NCBI GenBank assembly: GCA_902769535.1
Contig: CACXPH010000009.1
Span: 11,032 to 75,031 of the forward strand
Origin: an uncultured Bacteroidales bacterium
Lineage (GTDB): Bacteria > Bacteroidota > Bacteroidia > Bacteroidales > Paludibacteraceae
Direction of reading: 5' to 3'
DNA: 64,000 nucleotides
Shown here one piece after another: positions 7,156 to 15,406 of the stretch (the stretch's first letter is position 1; each line of letters opens with the position of its first letter). Both the position numbers and the translations under genes were made by a program. The notes beneath the pieces were generated by a model. The model was given only the letters and a program-made list of their open reading frames with translations. It did no database searches and was not told the origin of the DNA.

Positions 7156-7779
7156 TCAAACAACAGAGTTTGGATCGGTGAGGAGATAGATGCGCATGGC
7201 CATGGAGGAAGGGAACTTCGCATAGAAATCATCATCCGACTCGATCCATTCGATGGAGCGGATAGGGAATCGCCGCATCGCCATCTGCTGCCAACGGCGT
7301 ATATGTTGCGGTTGGTTGGGAACGACTTTCACACCTGTCTTTCCGTCCGCGAAATGCACAATAGCCACCGCACGCACCTTATGGATAATAGCCTGCGCGC
7401 GTTGCTCGTCCGTCAGCCGATGCGAGATCGTTATATGCCGTCCGGATGCATTGAGACGCGCCATCTCACGACGGAAGAGTTGTCCGTGCGTACTCGTGTC
7501 GTGCCACTGATTAACGGCAATATAATAATGAATCATCTCATGCAGGATTGTATCCTCAATCAAGGTCTCGGGCAAATCAATACGCGCATTGATACGCAAC
7601 ACAAAGTTTTCGTTCTGATAGCCGCTGAACAAGCCCTGCTTACGGCGCGTGAACGTCACTTTTCCAAGAAAGCCCTTAGCATGGCTAAGCTTGATCGGCA
7701 ACGGCGGCAACTGACCATTGAAATAGGCCGTGTTGTATTCGTCAAATCGCGCTTGTATGTATTCGACCGTTGGTGTCAT
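7156..7779 (-). CDS. SprT-like zinc metalloprotease domain protein
   Basis: HEMIHY zinc-binding motif with an SprT-like N-terminal region. Start moved to MTPTVEY (7779) because the longer ORF runs through the promoter region. Confidence 0.65.
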   Translation of the reverse strand: MTPTVEYIQARFDEYNTAYFNGQLPPLPIKLSHAKGFLGKVTFTRRKQGLFSGYQNENFVLRINARIDLPETLIEDTILHEMIHYYIAVNQWHDTSTHGQLFRREMARLNASGRHITISHRLTDEQRAQAIIHKVRAVAIVHFADGKTGVKVVPNQPQHIRRWQQMAMRRFPIRSIEWIESDDDFYAKFPSSMAMRIYLLTDPNSVV

Positions 7780-7800
7780 GCTGCACGTTGTTAGTGGGTG

Positions 7801-7832
7801 CAAAGGTAATGCTATTTTTTGAAATATACAAA
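7801..7832 (-). promoter_or_regulatory. Bacteroidota-type promoter for the SprT-like gene
   Basis: Reverse strand TTTG-N20-TACCTTTG. Confidence 0.55.
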
Positions 7833-7848
7833 TAAAAATGCAAAATGG

Positions 7849-7880
7849 TTTGCATATGTGCAAAATGTTTTGTATCTTTG
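7849..7880 (+). promoter_or_regulatory. Bacteroidota-type promoter for the BRO-N gene (divergent from SprT promoter)
   Basis: TTTG (7849-7852)-N20-TATCTTTG (7873-7880), then GCAGCG; ATG lies 19 nt downstream. Confidence 0.6.
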
Positions 7881-7898
7881 CAGCGTAATTCAAAAGTT

Positions 7899-8759
7899 AT
7901 GGAAGATAATTTTGCTATACAAATTTTTGAGGGGAAACGCGTCCGTATCGTTTGGGACGAAGAACAAGAAAAGTACTATTTCTCTGTGGTGGATATAGTG
8001 CAAGTTTTAACCGATAGTGAGAATCCGACAGATTATCTCAAGAAAATTCGCAAACGTGATCCGGAATTGGGATTGTTCCTAGGGACAAATTGTCCCCAGG
8101 TAATGATGATGACTCATACCGGGAAGAAAAGAATTACGTTAGCCGCTGATTTACAGGGTATTTTTCGTTTGATTCAGTCGATTCCATCGAAGAAAGCCGA
8201 GCCGGTGAAGCAATGGTTGGCGCAGTTAGGCGAGCAGCGTATTGATCAGATGATTGATCCTGAGCTGACATTTCAGATGGCGGTGGAGGACTATCGTCGC
8301 CAAGGTTATTCGGATAAGTGGATCAACGAGCGCATGCGTTCAATAGAAATGCGCAAGGAGCTAACGGATGAGTGGCAACGGGCCGGAATAACGGAACATC
8401 GAGATTTTGCTATTCTTACGAATGTGCTCACGAAGGCATGGAGCGGAATGACTACCGGTGAGTACAAGAAACTCAAAGGCTTAACGAAAGAAAACTTGCG
8501 TGATAACATGACTAATATTGAACTGGCGCTGAACACCCTTGCTGAAGTAGCGACAACTGAAATTTCCCGCGAACGCAATCCGCAGGGAATGGCGGAAAGC
8601 CAGCAAGCAGCGGTAGCGGGAGGTCAAGTGGCCAAGAATGCCCGTCGTGATTTGGAAAGCCAGTTAGGTCGCTCGGTCATTTCTTCTCAAAAAGCCTCGG
8701 ACTATATCCGTCCGATAGAAAAAGGTAAATCGGAAGAACTAAATGGGGAAGAGAAATGA
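7899..8759 (+). CDS. BRO-N domain protein (phage antirepressor-like / DinD-related)
   Basis: IFEGKRVRIVWDEEQEKYYFSVVDIVQVLTDS N-terminus, RLIQSIPSKKAEPVKQWLAQLG and KAWSGMTTGEYKKLKGL blocks typical of the Bacteroides BRO-N family. Start moved to MEDNF. Confidence 0.75.
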   Translation: MEDNFAIQIFEGKRVRIVWDEEQEKYYFSVVDIVQVLTDSENPTDYLKKIRKRDPELGLFLGTNCPQVMMMTHTGKKRITLAADLQGIFRLIQSIPSKKAEPVKQWLAQLGEQRIDQMIDPELTFQMAVEDYRRQGYSDKWINERMRSIEMRKELTDEWQRAGITEHRDFAILTNVLTKAWSGMTTGEYKKLKGLTKENLRDNMTNIELALNTLAEVATTEISRERNPQGMAESQQAAVAGGQVAKNARRDLESQLGRSVISSQKASDYIRPIEKGKSEELNGEEK

Positions 8760-9214
8760 AACGGATAGGTATTTGTATATTAACCCTTTTGATTAGCATT
8801 TGTACTATGGCACAGACGCAGTTGTTTCGCGGGAAGTCGTCGTATACGAGCGACATCCTTTATTCGTTCGACGGACAGTATATATACAAAGGTCGGTCGA
8901 GTTACACAAGCGATATTTTGTATACTTGGGACGGCAAATATGTGTACAAAGGACGCAGTTCGTACACATCGGACATCCTCTATACATGGGACGGGAAATA
9001 CCTGTATACCGGTAGATCGAACTACACGTCCGATATCGTGCTGACGTTTGATGGCACATATATCTACCGCGGGAAGTCATCGTACACCAGCGATATACTC
9101 TATACCGTTCAGAACGGCTATATCTACCGCGGCAAATCGAACTACACGAGCGATATCTTATATTCGGTTAATGGGGTTTTGCCTATTCCGATGCTTATCA
9201 TGATGATGCAATAA
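8756..9214 (+). CDS. small secreted protein made of six 20-aa repeats
   Basis: Signal peptide MKRIGICILTLLISICTMAQ, then six copies of G(K/R)S(S/N)YTSDILY-x-x-DG-x-Y-x-Y. Its ATG overlaps the BRO-N stop (ATGA). Confidence 0.7.
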   Translation: MKRIGICILTLLISICTMAQTQLFRGKSSYTSDILYSFDGQYIYKGRSSYTSDILYTWDGKYVYKGRSSYTSDILYTWDGKYLYTGRSNYTSDIVLTFDGTYIYRGKSSYTSDILYTVQNGYIYRGKSNYTSDILYSVNGVLPIPMLIMMMQ

Positions 9215-9226
9215 TTACTCACTTTT

Positions 9227-10537
9227 ATGAAAAACGCTCTTTTACAGATCTTGATTTTCGGACTGATGGCTTTGTCCTTTGTAGGGTGCACACAGACGCC
9301 GGAAGAACCGGAGGAACCGCAGGGAGATCCGTCGGTGGTAGTATACGAATGCAACGAGCAGCTCTTTGCTCGCACCGATGCCTTCAAAAAGATTGAAGCC
9401 TATGTGCCGCAGCTGGAGAAAATGCAGGTGAACGTGTTGTGGCTCATGCCTATTCATCCGCGCGGGGAATACAACGCCATCGGTTCGCCGTACTGCATTA
9501 AAAACCACCGTGAGATCGATCCGGCTTTCGGTACGATGGATGACCTGAAGAGTCTGGTCAATACCTGTCATGCGCACGATATACGCGTCGTCTTAGACTG
9601 GGTGGCCAATCATACCTCGTGGGACAACCCGTGGGTGAGTGCTCATCCGGATTGGTATCAGTCGGCGCAGACAGCCGATGAGAGATTGTGGAACGACGTA
9701 GCGTTTCTCAACTATTCCAACCAAGAAGTGCGCGATACGATGACGGCTTGTATGCTATACTGGATCGAGGAGGCGGACATTGACGGTTTTCGTTGCGATT
9801 ACGCCCACGGCGTGCCGATGAATTGGTGGAAAGAAGCCACGGTAGCCATCCTTGAGGCTAAACCGAATGCTTTTCTGCTGGCCGAGACCGAGAAGACGGA
9901 ACTGTATAACGCCGGTTTTCAGTTGCTCTATAGCTGGAGTTATCTGACAGCCATCGAGAACCTATATAGCGGTTCAGGTACTATCTATAAATGGATGTCC
10001 GCGAGCGATGCCGAATTCAACTCAACACCGGAAGGCAAAGGACGCCTGCGTTATATCACCACGCATGACGAGTGCAACTCAAAGTCTCCGCAGTCTTGCT
10101 ATACCAACGCCAAAGGTGAACTGTCGGCTTTCTGTCTGACCATCTTCATGGGTGGCGTGCCGATGATCTATTCGTCGCAAGAGATCGGCTATATGCAGCA
10201 GATCAGTTTCTTCGACTACAAGCTGCTGGATTTCCAATCAGGCGGATCGACGCGCGCAGCGCTGGTGACGCTCATGCAGGCTTACCAGAACACCCGACTT
10301 CTCCGAACCGGTAAAAAACAAGCAGGTCAGTTATCCGGCAAGGTGGCGTACGTAGAGTACCGTCGTGGCGAACAGTCGCTGCTGGTAGTATGCAACACGA
10401 CGAACAGTCCGCAGTCTGTAGACCTGCCGGCTGCCTATCAGCAAGCCAAGGTGACGGATATGCAGACCCAAGAGAAACGCACGCTATCTTCCCGGCTTGA
10501 TCTTGGTGCTTACGAGTACGTCATCTACAAAAGGTAA
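9227..10537 (+). CDS. GH13 alpha-amylase family lipoprotein
   Basis: 436 aa; lipoprotein signal (LSFVGC) and GH13 blocks VLDWVANHTS, DGFRCDYAHG, LLAETE, YITTHDE. Confidence 0.8.
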   Translation: MKNALLQILIFGLMALSFVGCTQTPEEPEEPQGDPSVVVYECNEQLFARTDAFKKIEAYVPQLEKMQVNVLWLMPIHPRGEYNAIGSPYCIKNHREIDPAFGTMDDLKSLVNTCHAHDIRVVLDWVANHTSWDNPWVSAHPDWYQSAQTADERLWNDVAFLNYSNQEVRDTMTACMLYWIEEADIDGFRCDYAHGVPMNWWKEATVAILEAKPNAFLLAETEKTELYNAGFQLLYSWSYLTAIENLYSGSGTIYKWMSASDAEFNSTPEGKGRLRYITTHDECNSKSPQSCYTNAKGELSAFCLTIFMGGVPMIYSSQEIGYMQQISFFDYKLLDFQSGGSTRAALVTLMQAYQNTRLLRTGKKQAGQLSGKVAYVEYRRGEQSLLVVCNTTNSPQSVDLPAAYQQAKVTDMQTQEKRTLSSRLDLGAYEYVIYKR

Positions 10538-10560
10538 AATTGCTATTTTTGTACGAAATA

Positions 10561-10592
10561 TTTGCATATATGCAAAATATTTTGTAACTTTG
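10561..10592 (+). promoter_or_regulatory. consensus Bacteroidota promoter with no ORF immediately downstream
   Basis: TTTG-N20-TAACTTTG followed by CAGCG. It points toward the terminator and body of the opposite-strand tRNA-Asn. Confidence 0.5.
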
Positions 10593-10648
10593 CAGCGTTT
10601 TTGGTTGAGCAGGGTGAAGGAGCGAGTGGAAGGATAGGCGGTAAACGC

Positions 10649-10683
10649 AAAAAAAAGAAGCACCTACAACCAAGTGTAAGTGC
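10649..10683 (-). terminator. rho-independent terminator of tRNA-Asn
   Basis: Minus strand GCACTTACA-CTTGGT-TGTAGGTGC hairpin followed by TTCTTTTTTTT. Confidence 0.7.
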
Positions 10684-10687
10684 CTCG

Positions 10688-10761
10688 CGCTCCCTCTAGG
10701 ACTTGAACCTAGGACCCCCTGATTAACAGTCAGATGCTCTAACCGACTGAGCTAAGGAAGC
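10688..10761 (-). tRNA. tRNA-Asn (anticodon GTT)
   Basis: Reverse complement GCTTCCTTAGCTCAGTCGGTTAGAGCATCTGACTGTTAATCAGGGGGTCCTAGGTTCAAGTCCTAGAGGGAGCG folds as a cloverleaf; anticodon loop CTGTTAA. Confidence 0.9.
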
Positions 10762-10794
10762 TTGTTTTGTGCCCTCGTTTTTCGAAAGCGGGTG

Positions 10795-10826
10795 CAAAAG
10801 TACTGCTTTTTGTTGATATATGCAAA
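10795..10826 (-). promoter_or_regulatory. Bacteroidota-type promoter for tRNA-Asn
   Basis: Reverse strand TTTG-N20-TACTTTTG, about 35 nt upstream of the tRNA 5' end. Confidence 0.6.
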
Positions 10827-10901
10827 TTTTTTTGCAAAAAAATGCACTAAGAGGTGAAGATTTTTGAAAATTAACCCGATTTTTGGTCAAAAATAGCACA
10901 A

Positions 10902-11906
10902 ATGAAAAAGATTTTAGGTTTAGGTAATGCGCTAACGGACATCCTGTTGCAGGTCAGTGAGGATGATTTGCGCGAACTCGGATTCCCGAAAGGGAGTATG
11001 AACCTTATTTCTAAAGATCAGGCAGAGCAGATCCAGTATCGTTTCCTGTCGGTCCGCAAACGAATGGTAGCCGGTGGTTCGGCTTCGAATGCGATCAACT
11101 GTATCGCTTCGTTAGGCGGCAAGGCAGCGTTCATCGGTAAGATCGGTAACGATGAGGTGGGTGATTTCTACCGCGAAGACATGCTCAAGAACGGTGTTAA
11201 GCCGATCTTGCTGCTCTCGCAAACCACTATGTCCGGTTTCTCTATCGTCTTAGTAACGCCTGACGGCGAGCGTACGTTCGCTACGTACTTAGGTGCGGCA
11301 GCCGAACTCTGCGCGGACGATATCCAGAAAGATGCCTTCAATGGATACGACATCTTCCATATCGAGGGTTACCTCGTGCAGAACCACGAGTTGCTGGAGA
11401 AAGCCATTCGTCTGGCGAAAGAGGCCGGTTGTATGGTGTCGCTCGACCTTGCGTCGTATAACGTGGTCAATGAGAACCATGCCTTCCTTAAGGACTTGGT
11501 GAAGCAGTATGTGGATATCGTCTTTGCGAACGAGGATGAGTCGTTCGCCTACACGCATCTCAACCCGGAAGAGTCCGTTCAGATGATTGCCGAGCAATGC
11601 GATATTGCGGTGGTGAAGGTCGGAAAGAACGGCTCGTATGTACAGCAGGGCAGCAAGCGTCACCATATAGGTGCTATCACGACCAGTTGTACCGATTCCA
11701 CCGGCGCGGGTGACTATTTCGCAGGTGGTTTCCTGCATGCCCTCAGTGACGGTTTTGACATCCGTCGTTGTGCAGAGATAGGTACAATCGCTGCCGGTCG
11801 AGTAGTCGAGGTGGTGGGTACCAAACTGACAGATGACACATGGGAAGAGATTCGTCGTATATGCGCGCTCTATCGCGGGTTTATGCAGAAATACGATAAG
11901 GAGTAA
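10902..11906 (+). CDS. PfkB-family carbohydrate/adenosine kinase
   Basis: 334 aa; GLGNALTD N-terminus, GGSASNA, and the C-terminal DSTGAGDYFAGGF PfkB signature. Confidence 0.8.
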   Translation: MKKILGLGNALTDILLQVSEDDLRELGFPKGSMNLISKDQAEQIQYRFLSVRKRMVAGGSASNAINCIASLGGKAAFIGKIGNDEVGDFYREDMLKNGVKPILLLSQTTMSGFSIVLVTPDGERTFATYLGAAAELCADDIQKDAFNGYDIFHIEGYLVQNHELLEKAIRLAKEAGCMVSLDLASYNVVNENHAFLKDLVKQYVDIVFANEDESFAYTHLNPEESVQMIAEQCDIAVVKVGKNGSYVQQGSKRHHIGAITTSCTDSTGAGDYFAGGFLHALSDGFDIRRCAEIGTIAAGRVVEVVGTKLTDDTWEEIRRICALYRGFMQKYDKE

Positions 11907-11937
11907 TTAATTTGCAATCATAAATCTAAAATCATAA

Positions 11938-12648
11938 ATGAAAATCTTTTACTGGTTGTGGCAATATCTGATTGCTTGGCCGTTGCTCTTGGTGCTGACC
12001 GTTTTCACGGCGGTGTTCACCGTTTGTACTGTCGCTTGGCGTAATGCCGAGTTCGTGCATAAGGTACAGCAGTTCTGGTCGCGTTCGTTCTTCTGGCTGA
12101 TGTTTTTGCCCGTTTCTGTCGATGGAACCGAGCATATTAAGCCCGGGCAGAGTTATGTGTTCGTCGCAAACCACCAGTCGATGTTCGACGTGTGGTTGGT
12201 CTACGGCTGGCTGCCGGTGATCTTCAAATGGCTGATGAAAGCCGAGTTGCGCAAGGTGCCGTTTGTAGGTACAGGTTGCAAGGCTGCCGGACATATTTTC
12301 GTCGATCGTCGTAATGCCAAAGCGGCGATGGAGAGCCTCAAAGAGGTGGAGAAACAGCTGGTCAACGGTGTCTGCACGGTCATCTTCCCGGAAGGCACTC
12401 GTTCGCTCAACGGCGAAGTAGGTCGTTTTAAACGCGGTGCGTTCCAGATAGCCTGGGATCTGGGTCTGCCGGTTATTCCGCTGTCGCTGGACGGCTGCTA
12501 TGAAGTGCTGCCGAAAGGCAAACCCTTCGTGCGTCGCCATCCCGTACATATGCATATAGGCGAACCGATCGACCTCAAGCAATACGCGGACGCCAACGAA
12601 GCCATCGAGGCTGTTCGGAATGCCGTCATAGAAGGCCGCCTTCACTAA
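11938..12648 (+). CDS. plsC: 1-acyl-sn-glycerol-3-phosphate acyltransferase
   Basis: 236 aa; N-terminal TM segment, then ANHQSMFD (HX4D) and FPEGTRS acyltransferase motifs. Confidence 0.8.
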   Translation: MKIFYWLWQYLIAWPLLLVLTVFTAVFTVCTVAWRNAEFVHKVQQFWSRSFFWLMFLPVSVDGTEHIKPGQSYVFVANHQSMFDVWLVYGWLPVIFKWLMKAELRKVPFVGTGCKAAGHIFVDRRNAKAAMESLKEVEKQLVNGVCTVIFPEGTRSLNGEVGRFKRGAFQIAWDLGLPVIPLSLDGCYEVLPKGKPFVRRHPVHMHIGEPIDLKQYADANEAIEAVRNAVIEGRLH

Positions 12649-12687
12649 ACATTAAACATTAAATATTAAACATTCAACATTTATATC
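12646..12687. repeat. heptamer tract (TAAACAT-like x6) forming the whole intergenic spacer
   Basis: TAAACAT TAAACAT TAAATAT TAAACAT TCAACAT TTATATC runs from the plsC stop codon to the base before the HIT ATG. Confidence 0.9.
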
Positions 12688-13125
12688 ATGTATTCCGATC
12701 CGAAAGATTGTCTCTATTGCACGAACAATGAGACGCTTCATACCCTGATGATAGAGATCGCGCACCTACGCGTGTCGCGCGCGTTCGTATTTAAGGAGCA
12801 GACCTATCACGGTCGTTGCCTTGTGGCGTACGACAAGCATGTGAACGACCTCAATGAACTGGATGACGAGCAGCGTAACCTGTTCATGGCCGATGTGGCG
12901 GACGTCACGCGCGCTATGCAGAAACTGTTCAAGCCCGAGAAAATCAACTACGGTGCTTATTCCGATAAACTGAGTCATCTCCATTTCCACCTCGCTCCCA
13001 AATATGTGGACGGACCGGATTATGGCGGCACTTTCCAGATGAACCCGGGTAAGGTCTATCTGACCGATGCTGAGTACGAGGAGATGGTCGCTGCGCTGCG
13101 TAAAGAGCTGAAATCTGAATGCTGA
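12688..13125 (+). CDS. HIT family protein
   Basis: 145 aa; HLHFHLAPK histidine-triad motif. Confidence 0.7.
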   Translation: MYSDPKDCLYCTNNETLHTLMIEIAHLRVSRAFVFKEQTYHGRCLVAYDKHVNDLNELDDEQRNLFMADVADVTRAMQKLFKPEKINYGAYSDKLSHLHFHLAPKYVDGPDYGGTFQMNPGKVYLTDAEYEEMVAALRKELKSEC

Positions 13126-13139
13126 AAACTGAAATCTGA

Positions 13140-14303
13140 TTGCTTTTTAAAGATATCATAGGACAAGAGGCGACGAAGCAGCAGCTGCGTCAGGCTGTGC
13201 GTGAGGGACGAATACCTCATGCGCAGTTGTTTACGGGTATATCAGGGATCGGTAAGCTGCAGTTGGCGCTCGCCTATGTCCAGTATCTCAATTGTCCGCA
13301 TCGCACCGAGAGTGACAGTTGCGGTACCTGTCCGACCTGTCTGCAGTTCGAGAAACTCCAGCACCCGGACTTGCATTTCGTCTTTCCAATCGTGAAAACC
13401 GATGCCGGGGATACCTGCGACGCCTTCCTTGAACCATGGCGCGAGATTATCCTCAACAAGCATTATTTCGATCTCGAAGACTGGCACGAGGCCTTGGGTG
13501 TCGAGACCAAGCAGAGCATGATCTACGAGAAAGAGAGTGGTGAGATCCTGCGCAAACTCAGTCTGAAAGCGTACGGAGAGGGCTATAAAGTGATGATCAT
13601 CTGGCAGCCGGAGAAGATGAATGCCACCTCAGCCAATAAATTGCTGAAGATCCTCGAGGAACCGGCTCCTAAGACGGTCTTTCTGATGGTATCGGAGCAT
13701 CCGGAACAGTTGCTGGCTACCATTCAGTCGCGTGTGCAGACGATTCAAGTACCGCGCTTGGAGACTGAGACGATTGCTGAGGCTTTGCAGCAACGTGGGC
13801 TGAATGCTACCCAAGCCATCGACATCGCGCGTATCGCGAACGGTAGTTATCTGGCTGCGCTCAAAAAAGCCGATGAATCCGAAGAGAATCAACAAGAACT
13901 GCGCGATTTCATCGCACTTTTCCGCGATGCCTATACGGTCGGTGTACTCAAAGATCCGGAGAAGAAATACGAATCGCTCAAGCGTCTGCGTCAGTGGAGT
14001 CTCGACATGGCGGATAGCAAAGTGGGACGTGAACGGCAGAAACATTTTCTGCAGTATGCCCAACAGCAGATACGCGAGAACTACATCCGTAACATGGCGC
14101 AAACGGAACTGAACTACCAGATGGAAGCCGAACGCGCTTTCTCCGATAAGTTCGCGCCGTTTATCCACGACGGCAATGTGGAGGCCATCATGAACCAGTT
14201 GGATCTGGCGGAACGACAGATAGAGCAAAACGGCAATGCGAAGATGATCTTCTTTGACCTTTGCCTGCAAATGATAGTATTGATTAAAAAACCGAAGATA
14301 TGA
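13140..14303 (+). CDS. holB: DNA polymerase III subunit delta'
   Basis: 387 aa; IIGQE...PHAQLFTGISGIGK P-loop-like clamp-loader N-terminus, CGTCPTC zinc module, ANKLLKILEEP; TTG start. Confidence 0.75.
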   Translation: MLFKDIIGQEATKQQLRQAVREGRIPHAQLFTGISGIGKLQLALAYVQYLNCPHRTESDSCGTCPTCLQFEKLQHPDLHFVFPIVKTDAGDTCDAFLEPWREIILNKHYFDLEDWHEALGVETKQSMIYEKESGEILRKLSLKAYGEGYKVMIIWQPEKMNATSANKLLKILEEPAPKTVFLMVSEHPEQLLATIQSRVQTIQVPRLETETIAEALQQRGLNATQAIDIARIANGSYLAALKKADESEENQQELRDFIALFRDAYTVGVLKDPEKKYESLKRLRQWSLDMADSKVGRERQKHFLQYAQQQIRENYIRNMAQTELNYQMEAERAFSDKFAPFIHDGNVEAIMNQLDLAERQIEQNGNAKMIFFDLCLQMIVLIKKPKI

Positions 14304-15406
14304 AAAAATATACGATAGGAGCGGCTAATCACGAGTTGGGAGCGAGTGCTACCAAGCGTAACTCGGCACATATGTTGCCCGTAAGTGACTGGTTGTCCGA
14401 CCTGCCGGAGAATACCCAACTGACCGACCTCATTGAGGTGCAGTTCAAGAATACACGTAAGGGTTATTTCCATAACAGCCAGAAACTGCCATTAGAGAAA
14501 GGCGTGAAGGTCGTTGTGGAAGCCAATCCCGGACAGGACTTAGGTGAGGTCGTGCTGACCGGCAAACTAGTGGAACTGCAGATCAAGAAGAACAACATCG
14601 ACACCTCGCGTTATGAGGTGCGTCAGGTGGTTCGTATCGCTACCGAGGAAGACCTCGAGCGTGCTCGTCAGGCGCATGCACGTGAGCACGAGACGATGAT
14701 CAAAGCGCGTGAGTTAGCTAAGTCCTTAGGCCTCGAGATGAAGATCGGTGATGTGGAGTACCAAGGCGACGGATCAAAGGCGATCTTCTTCTATATCGCT
14801 GACGGACGTGTCGACTTCCGCCAACTCATCAAGGTCTATGCTGAGACTTTCCGCATCCGCGTGGAGATGAAGCAGATCGGTGCACGTCAGGAAGCGGGTC
14901 GTATCGGTGGAACAGGTCCATGCGGCCGTGAGTTGTGCTGCTCGACCTGGATGATCAACTTCAACTCCGTGGGAACCGGCGCAGCGCGTCTGCAGAATAT
15001 ATCGCCGAACCCGCAGAAACTGGCTGGTATGTGCGCTAAACTCAAATGCTGTCTGAACTACGAAGTACCGGTCTATGAAGACGCTTCGAAACTGCTGCCG
15101 GCACGCCATATTGAGTTGGAAACGAAAGATGCCACCTGGTATTTCTTCTCTTCTGATCCTCTGGCAGGAACCGTCACCTATTCGTCTGACCCGCAACACC
15201 CTGGTAACTTGACGACCCTCTCTGCAGCGCGTGCCCACGAGATCATCGCCATGAACCGTCGCGGCGAGAAACCCGATACACTCGAAGGTACACGTGCTGT
15301 CTCCACCGAGATTGGTTATCAGACCGGACACGGCGACGTGACACGTTTTGACAAGAAGAAAAACCACCATCACCACGACCATAGAGACAGGAGGGAAAGA
15401 AGATGA
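14300..15406 (+). CDS. PSP1 domain protein (RicT/YaaT-like)
   Basis: 368 aa; conserved GPCGRELCCSTW and KLKCCLNYE Cys blocks of the PSP1 family; the usual neighbour of holB. Confidence 0.75.
   Translation: MKKYTIGAANHELGASATKRNSAHMLPVSDWLSDLPENTQLTDLIEVQFKNTRKGYFHNSQKLPLEKGVKVVVEANPGQDLGEVVLTGKLVELQIKKNNIDTSRYEVRQVVRIATEEDLERARQAHAREHETMIKARELAKSLGLEMKIGDVEYQGDGSKAIFFYIADGRVDFRQLIKVYAETFRIRVEMKQIGARQEAGRIGGTGPCGRELCCSTWMINFNSVGTGAARLQNISPNPQKLAGMCAKLKCCLNYEVPVYEDASKLLPARHIELETKDATWYFFSSDPLAGTVTYSSDPQHPGNLTTLSAARAHEIIAMNRRGEKPDTLEGTRAVSTEIGYQTGHGDVTRFDKKKNHHHHDHRDRRERR

Noticed and set aside
12646-12687. Whether the short tandem tracts could be CRISPR arrays
   Set aside because: The units are 7-11 nt with no spacers, and no cas genes are present. 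They are simple tandem repeats.
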